Numbered from the whole stretch's first letter, positions 10,997-24,986 are shown. The stretch: 59,110 bases of DNA, filler included, from Sphacelaria rigidula (GCA_964200075.2; 4 parts of 4 records of this genome joined end to end with filler, not necessarily neighbours in it), one strand, 5' to 3'. Notes: generated by a model not told the origin, from the letters alone. Numbers and translations are program-made.

Positions 10997-13900
10997 AGCA
11001 GCTAGTAGCTGCCCATAGGTGCTCCTTGTGGTGCGGTTCGTGGTGTCGTGGCGTTTGTAATCGTAGTTTCTCTTTTTTAACTTCGTTGCGGATCTGGTAT
11101 CGGTTCTTGCGCTGTATGTAAACTGCTCTATGCCAATGTGAAAGTGATAAAGCAAATAAATGTGTCACATTTCATATAAGACGGTGGCTTTCGCCACAAC
11201 GAGGACGCGAAAAAGGCATAAGTCGCGCATATTCCACCAAAATACGCATACAGCGGCGCATAAGTTTCACTTTTGAGCATGAAATTGAAAAACAATGAAA
11301 CGCATCAAAAATCAAATTGCGCATAAGAAACAAAAGCCTAACTGCATTGGACTTCTTGTAGCGGTCGTCGCTAAGGCTCAACACTTCGTTATGGTTTTGG
11401 TCATCTCCGCCTGATTTCCTCACAAACCCGTTTTCTCGCGATACAGCACACGGTCTTCGAAGATCCGCCTTTTCGTCCACCCAGTTGGCGCGTTTGTCGT
11501 TTGCATTTGTCGGCAGACCAAACACACGGAATTTCAACCGGACAAATGATTGATCAGCATAAAAACAAGAGCTCACCAGTTGCAAACACCTGCCAATCAC
11601 AAAACGAACGACCCTACGCAAATACGGAACATTGCATGATCCCCAAATTCCGATAAACTGACTTTTCCTGCTTCGTACTGTACTCTACTACAGCTCGGGA
11701 CCATTCCCAGGAACGTTCTCTCGGCGAGGTGCACCGTGCCACAAAGGCCGCGACAGGTGCTGCCACTTTGCCCGTGCTTTCCTACCCGACCAAATAAACA
11801 ATCCTAAGACGAAGCAACAAGTTCTGCTCTTTCGTGCGCTACAGAGACTTGTAGAAAACAATCCGACGCAGCGCAAGCGACGGAGTGCAAGCAAGGTACC
11901 AAGTGAAACTGGAGACAACCGTACACGAGGGACACTTGCGGCGGACGAGACACACGGTGAGCGTCTTGCACAAGATGTAGTACTTTTATCGATATATAGC
12001 GGTGCCGAGCAAAGCCGGGACGACACACGGTGTGCCGGACATACGGAGTCGACAACGCGTACGGTCCACCGAAGGCAACATTACCAGACCACCAAAGTGA
12101 ACGTAGAATGTCAGGATTAATACAACTCACAAGGTCGAAGGATATTTACCACCAAAGAAGGGATCCAACCCCCTACAACGACTCAACATAACTGCTCGAT
12201 AAAAATGCGACACGAACGAATTGGTCAACAATGGGAGGGGTTACAGAAAGACTATACACCTGACGAACAACTGAACAGCGGTCGTACACATGATAAAGAG
12301 AGAGGCTCTCCTCCTGTTTGACGCGACCAACCACCGCCACACCCAAGTACAGCGGGGTTAGCGTTTGGTTTTGATAAGACCGATTGCCACCACAGAAAAA
12401 CTAGAGGCAACACACTGAAAACGCCCTTGTTGCAGGACCGATTAGCCCTGTTTCCACGCTGAGAATGCCTTCCGCCGACACGCCTCCATTTAGGAACAAA
12501 ACACGCTTCTAAAGTGCGAAAAGGAGGCGCTGTTGACGACTACTGGGCGACACATACTTCAAACAAATCGTGTTTCCGGCCGCAGCAATGGCAATGGCAT
12601 TTGATTCCACTACTCTACATCCGACGAGCTATAAGATGCAAGATCTCCGTTTATTCCCAACTTTCTCCGGGACACCGACGTTCTGAACCCCATCAAGGTA
12701 CTAAGCGCACGGTTTCCGTTCAAAATATAACACGAAGCGGAAACAGCCTTCTCATGAACCATATCTCACAGAAACACCGTCGACAAGCAAAACAAACTGA
12801 TAGAACACAAGCGGGTACGGCTTTTATCATCTCCTTGGGTTTTCAATGTAAGGAACAGCATTTCCTTCCAGCCTACGACAACAATTCCTCATCACTCCTC
12901 TCTCCGAAACACACTTCCAGCCAAACCCGTGCACACTTCCTGGAGCAGCCACAGTAACGGGGGCGTATATATACCCGCTTGCAATGGTTGAGCTAGAAAG
13001 ACCCATCGTTGGGACCTCGGCGCGCCGAGTGCTGGAAGTCTACCCTCGACCCTCAATGGACGTACTTCGAGAACCTGATGAGCGCAGTTCAAAACAGTTT
13101 GGCAAATACAAGCAGCAACGCAACATACGCGAATGAATATGATCTTGACGATGGTTATGATGGTAATGGTGATAGTGAAGATGACGGTGAAGGTGATGGT
13201 GATGGAGGTGATTGCCGTCCACGAAGTTCATGGGTAAGGGCTAAAACTCTCGTTGCCAACTGAACACGTACACTTCTTACCCAGAGTATATCTGATATTT
13301 ACAAATTCCGGGCTTCATCGTGGGTCAGTCTGCGAGCGCTGCCTTAACCGTACGAGCTGAGCAAGCCCGGCACAAGTTCTGGCGCTCGTAGGCCCCTCTG
13401 GCACGCAATATAAACTCACAATATCGCCTCGGTCGTGCCTTTCGATTTTGCAATGGTGACGGTGTTGGCGATCAACGGATTCAACGCTTAGGTATTCTTG
13501 GTGCTCCTTAGCAACAAAAGGGGAATGTCATGCAGTGTTTGAGTGTGATATAGGACTCATCAGCCGGCAGCGATTACCGACTACATAGTTCACTAAGGCT
13601 CGAGACGTATTCCGTTTGAGCATTCCCTCAAGTTTTTGTCAGTAATGTTTTTACAGCGAACGATCGCAGGTTTCACGACATACGAACATAGACGGATTAT
13701 GTACAGCATCGGAAACGCGACAGAGGTTACCGTATTGAAGCCATAGTCTACAAACACTAGCGTGAGTATTCGACACAGTTGCAGAGATGGCCAAATACTA
13801 ACGCCATAGTTGAGGATGCCGTATAACGACGACACCATCATTTCAGATGCCCCATGACAAGCATCAAACGTTGTTGGATGAGACAGCATTATGACCACTA

Positions 13901-14704
13901 TCAACCTGAGCAAAACACGAGGTAGCCCCCCCAACCACGGAAACCATTTTCCCGCAGCACCCATCCCTCACCTTGTGCCTCTTCAGTCGGCTGGCTGTCG
14001 GCTCCCTGCCGATCCATAGCATACGTCGCCACCGAGGGCCTCTCTGTCACCCTTCTGACACATCCGCTGTGTCGAGTCCCTTCGTCACAGCCCTCGTCGC
14101 ACCCCTCCGGCCAATCGTCCAACCCTAGGGGGCCTACCTGGGGCAGCTTGGCATACCGGTAGCCATCCGAGGGCGTCGGAGAAAGCCTGTCGAGATTAAG
14201 TTGACAGCGGGTGCCGTTGGGTTACGGTGATGAAGTGGGGTGGGTTGATATGGAGAGGGATAAGGCGAGAGAGTCATCAGGGTACTGCTTGGGGAGCGAG
14301 GTGTTGAGCAGGCGGGGGAGAGAGAGGTAGAACACTGCTTCGACGTCTATGTAGAGTGGGTAGTAGGACATGGTGAACATGAGGAGGGCTGTATACTGCC
14401 GGGGTATGCACAGCCTAATGCCATCAAGGGAAAGGAAGGAGCGTCGCCGGAACGTCCCTATGCGAAATTGACGAGCTATGGTTTCAAGCTTGGCGCATTA
14501 CTCGGTAATGGCGAGACGACACTATATTGTTCTGAAACTCAAACCAGATCAAACGTCAGGTATTGGGTATTTCCGAACAGTTTATCCCATCTCGACCTCG
14601 TATGCCTCGAGATGAAGGCAAAACATGAACAGTGAGTCACACTTTTTCTACTTTGCCTGTGTACGCCTGTGTGAATAGCACAGCCGTGGTTCACAGCAAC
14701 CATG

Positions 14705-14804
14705 NNNNNNNNNNNNNNNNNNNNNNNNNNNNNNNNNNNNNNNNNNNNTTAATTAATTAANNNNNNNNNNNNNNNNNNNNNNNNNNNNNNNNNNNNNNNN
14801 NNNN
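14705..14804. other. Artificial scaffold spacer (44N-TTAATTAATTAA-44N)
   Basis: Exactly 100 nt; the core gives stop codons in all six frames; identical to the other two spacers. Confidence 0.98.
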
Positions 14805-16266
14805 CTCCATGCCAAGAACCTCTGTATACGGCAGCTGACCGCATCCGCCGACGCCTCGGCAATAAACCAGGGGACAGCAGGCTGGGTGTCCCCCCCCCTC
14901 AAAAATTCATTTTTTTCTATCTTGGGGCTCACGTGTCACGAAATATATTTTTGACAGACCCTTGGGTGGGCTGCTATGCTGACTACGGGCTCGAAAATCT
15001 CAGTACGCTACGAGTGTGTTTTGTTTTCACCCATTCGGAATGTTTCGATTTTTTACTCTCTGGGCGTGGGGTACGAGGCACACTCTTTAAAACGAAGCAC
15101 TGGTTTCGTGTGTGAGCAGTCGTACAAGCGCGCACCTAACGTTCACTCGTGATTATTTTCGCATCTACACCAGAGTTTCGTCTTTCTTACACTCTGTGCG
15201 GGGGTGGGGGTAGTAGCTACCATCAAACCAAACAGGAGGTTTGTGACTGAGGAGTCGTAAAAGAGTACATCTATCGTTCGCCACTGCATTTTTTCGCATC
15301 TCTTTCAATTTGATGTTCCTTCACCCCCCCGGCGCGCGCGCACGCGGCGGCGGCGGCGGCGGGGGGAAGGGGGGGGGGGGGTCAGCCATGTCCAACTTAA
15401 ACCGGAAAGTTGTGTGTAATGGGGCATCGTAGAAAGTGCACACCTCACGTCCGGTATTGTCTTTTCATATCTATTCAAGCATTTCATTGTTCCACCCTCT
15501 GGGTGTGGGGGGCAGGGGGGATAACCATTTACAAAGGAAGGACAAAATTTGAGCACGGGGAGTCGGTTGTACAAGCGCACACTGAACGCCTCGGTTCCCA
15601 TGAACCCGGCTTGGCACACACTTTTCTTTTTTCATCTGCTTTGGTCAGCCTCCACAGAGCTGTGTTATTACATACTTTTTTTCCTAAGCACTGCAAAGTG
15701 ATAAAAGTCGGTAGATATCGAGAAAAGACAAAGGTCGTCCCCGGGTCACAGTCCCCAAGTTGGCGTTGTTAGGGTGGTACGTGGTGAAGACCTCATTTAT
15801 CAGGGGGTGTTGCGGACAGCAAGCACTAGTCCAAAACCCCTTTTTCGGCTTGACATTGATCTCAAAGTGGAAAATCAAAACATTACATTCGCCCATGGCA
15901 ACGATTGGAATCGGTTCGATTGGGCAAGAATACCCAAGAGTCGAAGCCTGGGGCTGTCTAATCTGGGGCAGGCGAAGAACATTTTTTCAAGAATCGCTAA
16001 CTACTCCGGAAATACTACAACAGTCGCCCCACTCCACCGTGCGCGATTGTGCTCCCGCGAAAGAGATGCTTTTCCAGACGTGGATGTAGAGTACAGAAAT
16101 TATGAACTGCAGAACACACACGTTAAGCTGGTGGAATAACGGTTGATGGCTGTAGGTATGATCCCGCAGGTTCGGGGGATTCGAACAGGCGGTGGGGCAG
16201 ATTTTTGTAGTGAAATGTGGAATTCAACCAATCAGGGGCTCTTCACGGAGGAATCGACGGAATGTG

Positions 16267-17800
16267 CAGGCTGCTTCACGCAGAAGATTGAAAAAAACAC
16301 TCATCGGCAAAACTCCACGCCGTTTTTAAGGAGTTTTTGCACAAATGTGCTATGAGTCATAACGCAACTTTCGAAGGTCGAGGTTTTTTTCACTTTTCAC
16401 TTTTTCTTTATATAGTTTTTCGGCGTCCCAGTTTTGGGAGGGAAACTTCGATCAAGTCGGACCCCCGTGAAACGGTTAAAAAAAATGGTTCATCCAAAGT
16501 TGCGTAATGACCCATGACACATTTGTGTCAATTTTCAGGATCTACCTCCTTAAAACGGCGTGAAGTTTTTCGCGTTTGTGAGATGAACCTTGCCGTGCCA
16601 CGGTAAAACCGCAAACCACTATTATTTTAGATATTTAGATCGAAAATGGCGTTCTTGGGCCTTCTTTGACGTGAACATGAAAATTCAAGTATCAGGAAAA
16701 TTGAGGGTGGCCACGAAACTTTGTCGGGCCCTTCCTTGGGTTATGCGGCGACAGGTCGTTCACGAAAATAATGAAAAAAGGTCGTAGTGCCGGTTTTCCG
16801 GGGTCGTAGAATGGAGACCACTTGAAAAAACGACTTGGATCCCGTCGCACCTCCGAAAAACGGTAAAAAATGTTGAGAAGTAAAAACACGTCGTCGATCG
16901 AAACTTGTTCAATGATCCATAGCACATTTGTGCAAAGTTTCAGGGTCTAATTCCTAATAACTGCGTGAAGGTTTGCGCGTTTGTGCGAGGACGTGAGCTG
17001 GAAACGTGCAAACCCCTAACTAATTGGTTTTAGTGTGAAAACATCTTTTTAAAGTGAATTTTACCTCAGGACAAGAAAAAAACTGTATTACGAGGTTTTC
17101 GAGTTTCTCGACCAAACTTTGTACATGTGTTCCTTGGACTATTCCGGGACGCATCACATTGCTTTTTTTAACATGCACTGTAAAGCGCCTTCCGGGGGTC
17201 TTTATACTGGAACCCCCCGAAGCCGATGGAGAACGGAGAAACTTTGAAATCCTATATAAAACACCATTTATTTTTCCATTTATTTGGAGCATCAATACCC
17301 ACAGAACTGTTTGGTCTGAGGGTGATCTGAGCTTTTCTAAAGCAGATACGAGGGAAACCATCACGATGTTCCCTGGGTCTTTCGTACATATTATCAGTGG
17401 AAATTAGACGACGCCAAATCTCCACATCACCGAAACATCACGGTTTCGGGTATAATTCGACCCCGTTGAAACTGTTTTAAAATCTGTTTCTCCAGTTAGT
17501 TAGATTCCCGAGCTGATGGCGGTTACTACGACTTGAAGCATGTGGAGATTCGGTGAAAATTTGACTTAGAAGTCGTGTTTTCAAATTCAGAACACCTTAA
17601 AGAGCGCTGATTAGTAGAGACACATTTGCGTCCATAGCGCCACCGCTATAGCCTTTAACAAAATACGACTACTCGTCGTATGTCACCCTCTTCGTCTCTT
17701 CATTGCGGTCAGTATGATACCATGAATGCCACTATTGGGTACGTGTTGCGCAAGGCATTTGCTGATAACAAATTTTGGGTTTTTTGCGTGAACCAGCCTG
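16267..17800. mobile_element. 1.53-kb non-autonomous TIR DNA transposon, copy 2
   Basis: Ends caggctgcttcacgcagaa / ttttgcgtgaaccagcctg; TG on both flanks (16265-6, 17801-2); 1534 bp vs 1535 bp for copy 1; colinear throughout. Confidence 0.8.
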
Positions 17801-18099
17801 TGACGCGTGAATCATGTGGTGAAAAATGCTTGTAAGTGGCTCGCAGACTCAAGTCATAACTGTAGGGTACGTACTACAGTACAGGAGTGAAAAACTGTCC
17901 GTACCTCGAGCAAGGGGAGACCGGGGGGATGCATTTTTAAAAAGCAGTATCCGAAACGGCACTCAATTGCCCGCTTATCCCCCGCGTTTTTTCGATCTGA
18001 AACGACGAAATAACTGACACGAGACAGCAGGCTTACCGACAAGCAAAGCTCACCTGTCTTGTTTGTCATAGGCTGTAGAGTTGTGTCTACTGTGTGAAA

Positions 18100-18278
18100 A
18101 TGACAGGGGTAGACAGTGATGGTGCAGGGGCAGCAGATTCGATCAACACGGCTGGTGAAGAGGGAAAGGATGAGCTGCTGCAGCGTCTAAAAACGCGGGT
18201 GTCTCGTCTGGAAGAGGAAAACGACCTGCTCGCCGTGGCCGCCACACGCGAACCCAAGCTGATGGCCGATGTCAAGAG
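18100..18278 (+). CDS. Coiled-coil + WD40 protein, coding exon 1
   Basis: ATG at 18100 after an in-frame TAG; MTGVDSDG...ELLQRLKTRVSRLEEENDLLAVAATREPKLMADVK; phase-2 donor AG|gtatga matches the next exon. Confidence 0.7.
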
Positions 18279-18879
18279 GTATGAACATCTTAACAGTAAG
18301 GCATGTAGTTGTATCGCTTTGATTGGATTTACCAGTGGGTAGTGTGTTGGGTGTTGGGGGTTCTTCGTAGGTATCTCATGGAGGTGGTGTCCATTGCTCA
18401 CTTGTTCTGTAGTAGGTGACGGAGTATATCACCCCCTGGTGAGAAAGTTTACCGACTTTGCGTTCTTGATAACCAAGGAGCTCACTCCGAGAATATAGCA
18501 TTCGTGAAACAAGTGTTGTGATCACTCGAGTGGCATAGCAATTGCTGGTGTAATAGCCTCGATGATCAAGAAAAGTGCAGGTTCAAGAACCTATCGCGGG
18601 CACGGGTGTATGTGTGCAGCGCTGAAGGGTCCTCAGTGCGTCAGTTTGGTAGTGCTTTGCCTGATTTAGTATGACCTTTTATACCACCCCTCCAGAAACA
18701 GGACACGGGGGAGTCAGCAGACTCGATGAAACATGTCATCACAATCATACTGGCGAAAAAACTATGAAAATTCCATAGCTGCCTCATTTCACAGACCCAG
18801 CTCAATCTTACTCATCACAGCCCACAAACTGACGATGGATACATCTGATAGGCTGGCACACCAGATATATATGTTGCTG

Positions 18880-19440
18880 GCAGTCCCTATAAGATCCGAA
18901 TACCGGTGTTCAGTCTGAAACCAAGTAAAATCAAGTACCAACCATTGTGTACGACCAATTGGCAAGGTCTACTGCATATGTTCCACGAACACGATGTTCA
19001 TCTTTCATCCTCGCGTCTGAAACGCAAGCGCATAGTGCTTACGAACTCACCACGTCTGCCTACGTATACTGTCACTGCACACAAATGTTAAACACGGTGG
19101 TCGCCATCGTTCAAGGCCAAGATTGTTCTCGTGGCCTCAAACAACAGAGTACTTCGTATGTGTTTTTTTGCTAGTGGTCTTGACAACGATTTTTTAATGT
19201 CCGACAACGGCGTATCACCTTGGAACTCAATGCATTGGTAGACATGCATCTAGGCTACCCATAGGGCACTGGGCCCACAGATGGGGGCAAGAATTATGAG
19301 TGGAAAGGTTTTTCGACCAATCAGAGTCTTTAAATACACCGAAATGCGGCGACCTTTCTTGAATCAGATAATGAAAACGAGTGGAATATGAGTCGAAAAA
19401 TGGCAGTGATTGGCCCACACATTGCGCCGCTGCGAGACAG
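18880..19440 (-). mobile_element. Decayed Ty1/Copia RNase H remnant (intronic)
   Basis: GVFKDSDWSKNLSTHNS resembles the Copia Y.DSDWA motif; downstream FQTEHRYSDLI resembles T..Q.ADL; many frameshifts. Confidence 0.45.
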
Positions 19441-19739
19441 ACAGCTGCTACCATCAACCAAGGATACAGCGGCTCCGTGCTGGGTCAGTGTGTTGGCCCC
19501 AACCTGCACGCACCCGCCGTGCGTGTCTTCCCCTATCGCAGCACCTGACTGTAACTGAAATACCAGAGAAGACGCAACAGACAGCTGTACAGCCGTCACG
19601 TGACGATTGTTTAAACGATTGTTTGAACAGCACCTTGATACCACCCCACTTCGGTGCAGCCCGAAACACGTCATGCAGCAGCAACTATTCAGGCACTCTC
19701 CAGCGCACATCGCGCCATGATCGTCGCAGAGTGTTTGGA

Positions 19740-20570
19740 TGCCCAACAGCACAGCAACAACTACAGCATAGAAATGACGGGTTTAGGAAGCGCCTTGTTC
19801 GCTTGACTCGAGACAAAACAGCCAACATACTATGAATGTTTCAACAGTGTGTGGAGAGCACTGCGTGCCTACAGCATTTTTTTTCATAGAGACGAGCGCA
19901 CTGACAACAAAGCAACTCAGGCAGTCCCAGCGGAGATCAAACCGTCTTCTCAAAGACCTCAAGACACGACCGCCCAGCGACAGCTGCAGCACACGGAACA
20001 GAGTATGAGTTTGTTCGTGCTGCGGCTCAGTGATACAGGACATGTCCCATGCGATGGTTGCTCCCCTGATTTCGGGTGGATCCTCGATTTTTGCCTTGTT
20101 ATGGTTTTCAAACGCTCGCCCATGATTGCGCTTCGCGCGGAAATATTTCAATTCACTTTGAATTACCCCTGTCTGTGGGAGGTTAGCCACCAATAGAACT
20201 TGGGTCCTTTGCAAGAAGTGCAATGTGGATAGATAACTGTCCGGATGGTCGAGACTGCTTCTCATGGTAAACGAAAAAAAATCTGGAAAAGTGCCTTTTT
20301 GAAGCTCCTACGTCGTTTAACGCCCTAAAAGAGAGCACTGTACTGTACTGTGTTTAGACATCGCGAAGACGGTTTGGTCTCTGCTGGGATTGCCCGAGCT
20401 GCGAGAAGCTCGTTGTGTTCTCTATAGAAAATAACGCTCGTCGGCACGCAGTGCTGTCTACACACTGACTGTTGAAGACTTACGGTGTACTGGCTGTTCC
20501 GTCTGCCGTCAAACGAACAAGGCGCTCCCCGCTGCTGTGGCACTCTGTTTAACTGGTGCTGTGCGTTGAG
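19740..20570. repeat. Degenerate inverted repeat pair (~230-bp arms)
   Basis: e.g. ggcagtcccagcggagatcaaaccgtcttc (19920-19949) vs gaagacggtttggtctctgctgggattgcc (20365-20394); gcgccttgttcg vs cgaacaaggcgc. Confidence 0.6.
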
Positions 20571-21847
20571 GCATTGCACTATCTGTATTGTGGGGGAACA
20601 TTTCATTGTGGGTGTGATCGGCGTGAGATTGTACCGCACGAACACTACGTTTTAGTCTACTCTCCAAGTAGTTCCCGTGTGGAATGGAGCGATCTGTTCG
20701 GCTGTTACCAAGGAAAACTGTCCCGCTGACTTCACTGTCTACCACTTTTTACTAGAACGACAGAATTATGCAATAGCCGCCGCGCCCTGGTCGTCTAAAT
20801 TAAAATGATACTTCCTCTGTCCCATAAGTCTGCGCATCTATGGGCTTTTAACTGTTTGCGCAATCAAACATACTCGATCATCCTTTAGGCGGGTTCGTTC
20901 GAAAGATGAAACGCCAACGAAACTGACGCAGAAAAAAAAAAACGTTGTTCGTCTATCCTAAAATTATGTCTAAATATGCCCATTTTGGCCCATTTTTGGT
21001 AAACGTATACCCCAATATTGACCAATTTTGGACGTTTTTACGTCAAACACTAGGGATTACATGCTGAAAATATGTTTGATGGGGCGTGCGTAGGTGAGCG
21101 TCACGGAGATATCCAAAATGAATGGTTCTTGTGCGATTTTCACGTTTTTTTCACGTTTTTTCGCGATTTTTCGTGTTCCCGGATCCCCCATGCTTACTGG
21201 GAAAAGAAGCGAAAAATTGCCATTCTTTTGGCCGACCTACTTTTTCTCGACCGCGAGACTGCACGCGTTGAGCACCCACGTTTTAGAAAGAGTGTTGTTT
21301 TTAGCCCAAAAAATGCCAACGAATGCAATAAAAAAATCGNNNNNNNNNNAAATCGGACACCGTTAAGGGCTCGTATAAACATAACTGCGCAGACTTATGG
21401 GACAGAGGAAGTACAACTGACACCATCAGGACGGTGAAAACGGGGATTCGATGCTGGCCACTTGCGTCTAGTTTTGGCTTTTTTTCTCAGAATAATCTTT
21501 TTTGAATCTTCGAAAACGTGAGCACGTGAGCAGCAAAAGGAGTCTGTTTGGCTGGGTTTACAAGACGACAGGCAATGCGGTGCAGGAGTGCTGATTTCAT
21601 CCGCGATACTAAAATGGAAGGCGTGCACCAAAGGAGAGATGGTATGATCCCTTGGAACCACCGCCGCGTCCCGAGGAAGGGGTCGAAATAAAATTGAGAA
21701 CCAACAACATCAACAACAACAGTAGAAAATACCATGTCTCTACGTTTTTACTGAGAATATTACTTGACCTGGTGAGCGTTTTTCAACTGTACACGGTATT
21801 TAGATGGTATGCTCCCCCCCGGGAGCTGGGGTTTGATGACAAGAGTT

Positions 21848-23301
21848 CACACGTCGGACAGCTCATGAGCTAGCTCATCTGCGGGCCGTAGCTCACTTGT
21901 AGTCAAACATGTACATGTGAGCTGCGTCCTATAGCTCACCCAGGACGAATATGAGCTCGTGAGCTACGAGTTGGTAGCTCACCCAGGACAAACATGCGTT
22001 GCTCATGCAGCTCTCATAGCTCACCCAGGGAGAATCTGAAGCGATGAGCTACGGGTTCGTAGCTCGCGCAGGGCAAACATGCGTAGCTGAGGCAGCTCTC
22101 ATTGCTCACCCAGGATGAATATAAGTACGGGTTGGTAGCTCACCTATGACAAACGTGTGTAGCTCATACAGCTCCCATAGCTCACGCAGGACGAGTATGA
22201 GCTGATGAGCTACGGGTTGGTAGCTCACGTAGGGCAAACATGTGCGGATGAGCTACGTTCGGTAGCTCACCCAGGGCAAACATGTGTAGCTCGTGCATCT
22301 CTCATAGCTCCCCCAGAGAAAACATATGCGGATGAGCTACGCTCGATAGCTCACCCAAGGCAAACATATGTAGCTTACCCAGCTCTTACAGCTCACCAGG
22401 GGAAAACATGAGCGGACGAACTGACCCCGGTAGCTTACCCCAGGGACACATGCTCGTAGCTCACTCACGTCGTGTGCCTAGCTCGCCGCTGATCAACCCG
22501 GTGTCGCTTATGATGTAACGTTCTTGTTCGAATGGACGGCGATTTATATCATTAGGTTGTGATGTTTTGCCCCACTTTTCGCGATAGGAAGAAAATAAGT
22601 CAACACAAATCCTCGTTTATTCCCGACTGAAGCGCCGCTAGAGCTGCTGCCCCCCGCGGTTGCCATGCAGGGCGAATCAATTGTGTGTCTGTCTGTCTGT
22701 CTATCCATCTATCTATCTGTCTGTCTGTCTGTCTGTGGTTGTGCGTGTGTGTTGTGGCTATGATGCGGATGACTTCTGATGCGGCCATGTCGATGTTTAC
22801 AAAAAGCAAATCCATCGCTACACGAAACGGAACACAGGTATGTGCACATCTAACCGTCGTCACGTACGTACAATATTAACGTGCATGGGCATCGGAACAG
22901 AAACAACTCCAAGATCGGCGTAGCTCCCGCACCTCTTTAGCTCAACCAGGGTAATCATGCGTAGCTCATGTAGCTCTCATAGCTCATCGAGGGCAAACAT
23001 GTGCGAATGAGCTACGCCCGGTAGCTCACCCAGGGCAAACATGCGTAGCTGATGCAGCTCTTATAGCTCACCTATAGCAAACGTGTGTAGCTCATACAGC
23101 TCCCATATCTCACCCAGGACGAATATGAGCTGATGAGCTACGAGTTGGTAGCTCACGTAGGGCAAACATGTGTAGCTCATGTAGCTCTCGTAGCTCACCC
23201 AGGAAAATATGCGTAGCTCATGTAGCCCTCATAGCTCACTAGGGAGCTACGCTAAAAAAGAGCTAGTTCGAGCTACAGGGAGCTGATCTGTCCGACGTGT
23301 G
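21848..23301. mobile_element. Non-autonomous hAT-type element with AGCT-rich subterminal repeat arrays
   Basis: Perfect 14-bp TIR CACACGTCGGACAG / CTGTCCGACGTGTG; exact 8-bp TSD CAAGAGTT (21840-21847, 23302-23309); gagctac...gtagctcacccagg arrays at 21860-22490 and 22915-23285; central (TCTG/TCTA)n. Confidence 0.88.
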
Positions 23302-24815
23302 CAAGAGTTTCCCACTGAAACGTTATTTTTCTCAATTTTGAAGTATTTGTTGTGGTCGGCGGGCCATGCGTCGCTTGTTTGGTCCGAAGGGGCCAGCAGC
23401 CATAGCAGAGACAACATCGCTCGCCATCACGCCTGCTCGCCAGAACGTGTCATCATTCGCAGCTTAATCTCAGCCCACGCGATTATACAGGCTTGATTGA
23501 TCGATTGATTGATTGAATGTCGCACAGGAAGTGATTCCCCAGGGACCCCGCTGTGGTCACGTGATAGATGTACCCGAGATGTAAAAAGACGGGAATATGC
23601 ACTGACAATTTTTTCAAAAAAAAAAGCAGAATAATAGTACAGACACAAAGAGTAGACTGAATACATGAAACTGGAAATGGCCGACCTCTGCAACATGGCT
23701 TCAGGTGGAGAGGCCTTGCGCAAAAGTACACGCATTCATACCCGATTGAAAATAATAAACACCGTAGGAACAGATTGTAGCTCGTCTATTTTGGTCACAC
23801 TATTTTGGGTATGAGGTCTCAGCCGTGAACCCCACGAAGGCGAGGCACCAAACTGCGACTTCCATACACCGGGAGGAAAGAAAGAGCACAAAAACGCATA
23901 GAGAGAGGCATGCACAGGGAGAGAGATGGGGGGTGGAAGAGAGAACAAAGAAAAAAGGGCCTACAGAAGATATGAAGCCCTCGCCACACAGTACAGTAGG
24001 GCAAGTACAAACACGCAAACCAAGGAGCAGCGCATAACCACCTATAACACGGTAGACCAGTTCGGCGTGTCAAATATACGGCACATTGACAAATAATTTC
24101 GCACATCAGCTGCAGCTGATATTCACCACCAGAGTGGCTTGAAAACTGCTGCAAGCGTGTTACGGACAGTGGTGTGCTGTACTCTACTGTTGCACAACTG
24201 CACCGACTGCACACATGGGTGCTCGCCGGGAGTAACTCACTCTATCTGATGCACCGAGACCAAAGAGTACATGGTATCGGCCGTGACGTATTGCATGTGA
24301 TGCCTGATAGTTAGACCTCTGTTTTGTGTTGGCAGCGCCAATTGTGAAGCGGTACGCTCTGTTTGTTGCGCAAACCAAGGGACTACACGAAAATGCTCAC
24401 GCAAATACACGAGAATGCACGGCAAATATGACATAAAAATGCCGATAGTAGGAGCACTCTCCGATAATTGTGTCAAAGGATGTCCCTCAAAATATGAAAG
24501 TGCCCCACAATCCCGGGAAATATTTTACACGAACCTTTCTCTTTTCCCCCTCGGGCGTAAGATGGTGTTGGTAGTAGCGTTGGTGCACAGCGTGTTTCTG
24601 TAGCGAGGCGAGTTCGAGGTCTTCAAACTTCCCAAACGGGTGTACATACATAATGTGTACCTTGGCATCACCCACCGTACGCCAGGAATGGCAGAATTGA
24701 CACTTTTTTTTTTCTTTCCAAATTGTGGGATATTACGAAGAACAGGCTTGCACCGCATGCCAGACCTGCACCTAACGCATAGTGTACCCCTATTCGGTTC
24801 TACTTGCGGGGTAAG

Positions 24816-24986
24816 GTTGACCGAAAGGATCGAGGAACTAGAGGCGGAAAATAAGACTCTCAAGCAGTCGAATGCGAAGCTGCTTGATGCTCAAGTGTCG
24901 ACGGAAGTGACGGAGCGCTCGTCGGCGACAGTTACAAGGGCAGAAATCGAAGACCCCACGGCACCGTTCGTGGTTCCGGGTGACAG
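24816..24986 (+). CDS. Coiled-coil + WD40 protein, coding exon 2
   Basis: (R)LTERIEELEAENKTLKQSNAKLLDAQ...APFVVPGD; phase-2 acceptor (taag|G, alternative at 24783); donor AG|gtgagt. Confidence 0.75.

Noticed and set aside
21860..23285. CRISPR-like array of palindromic repeats
   Set aside because: Units are degenerate tandem copies with no unique spacers and no cas genes; they are bounded by a TIR and an 8-bp TSD in a eukaryotic intron.
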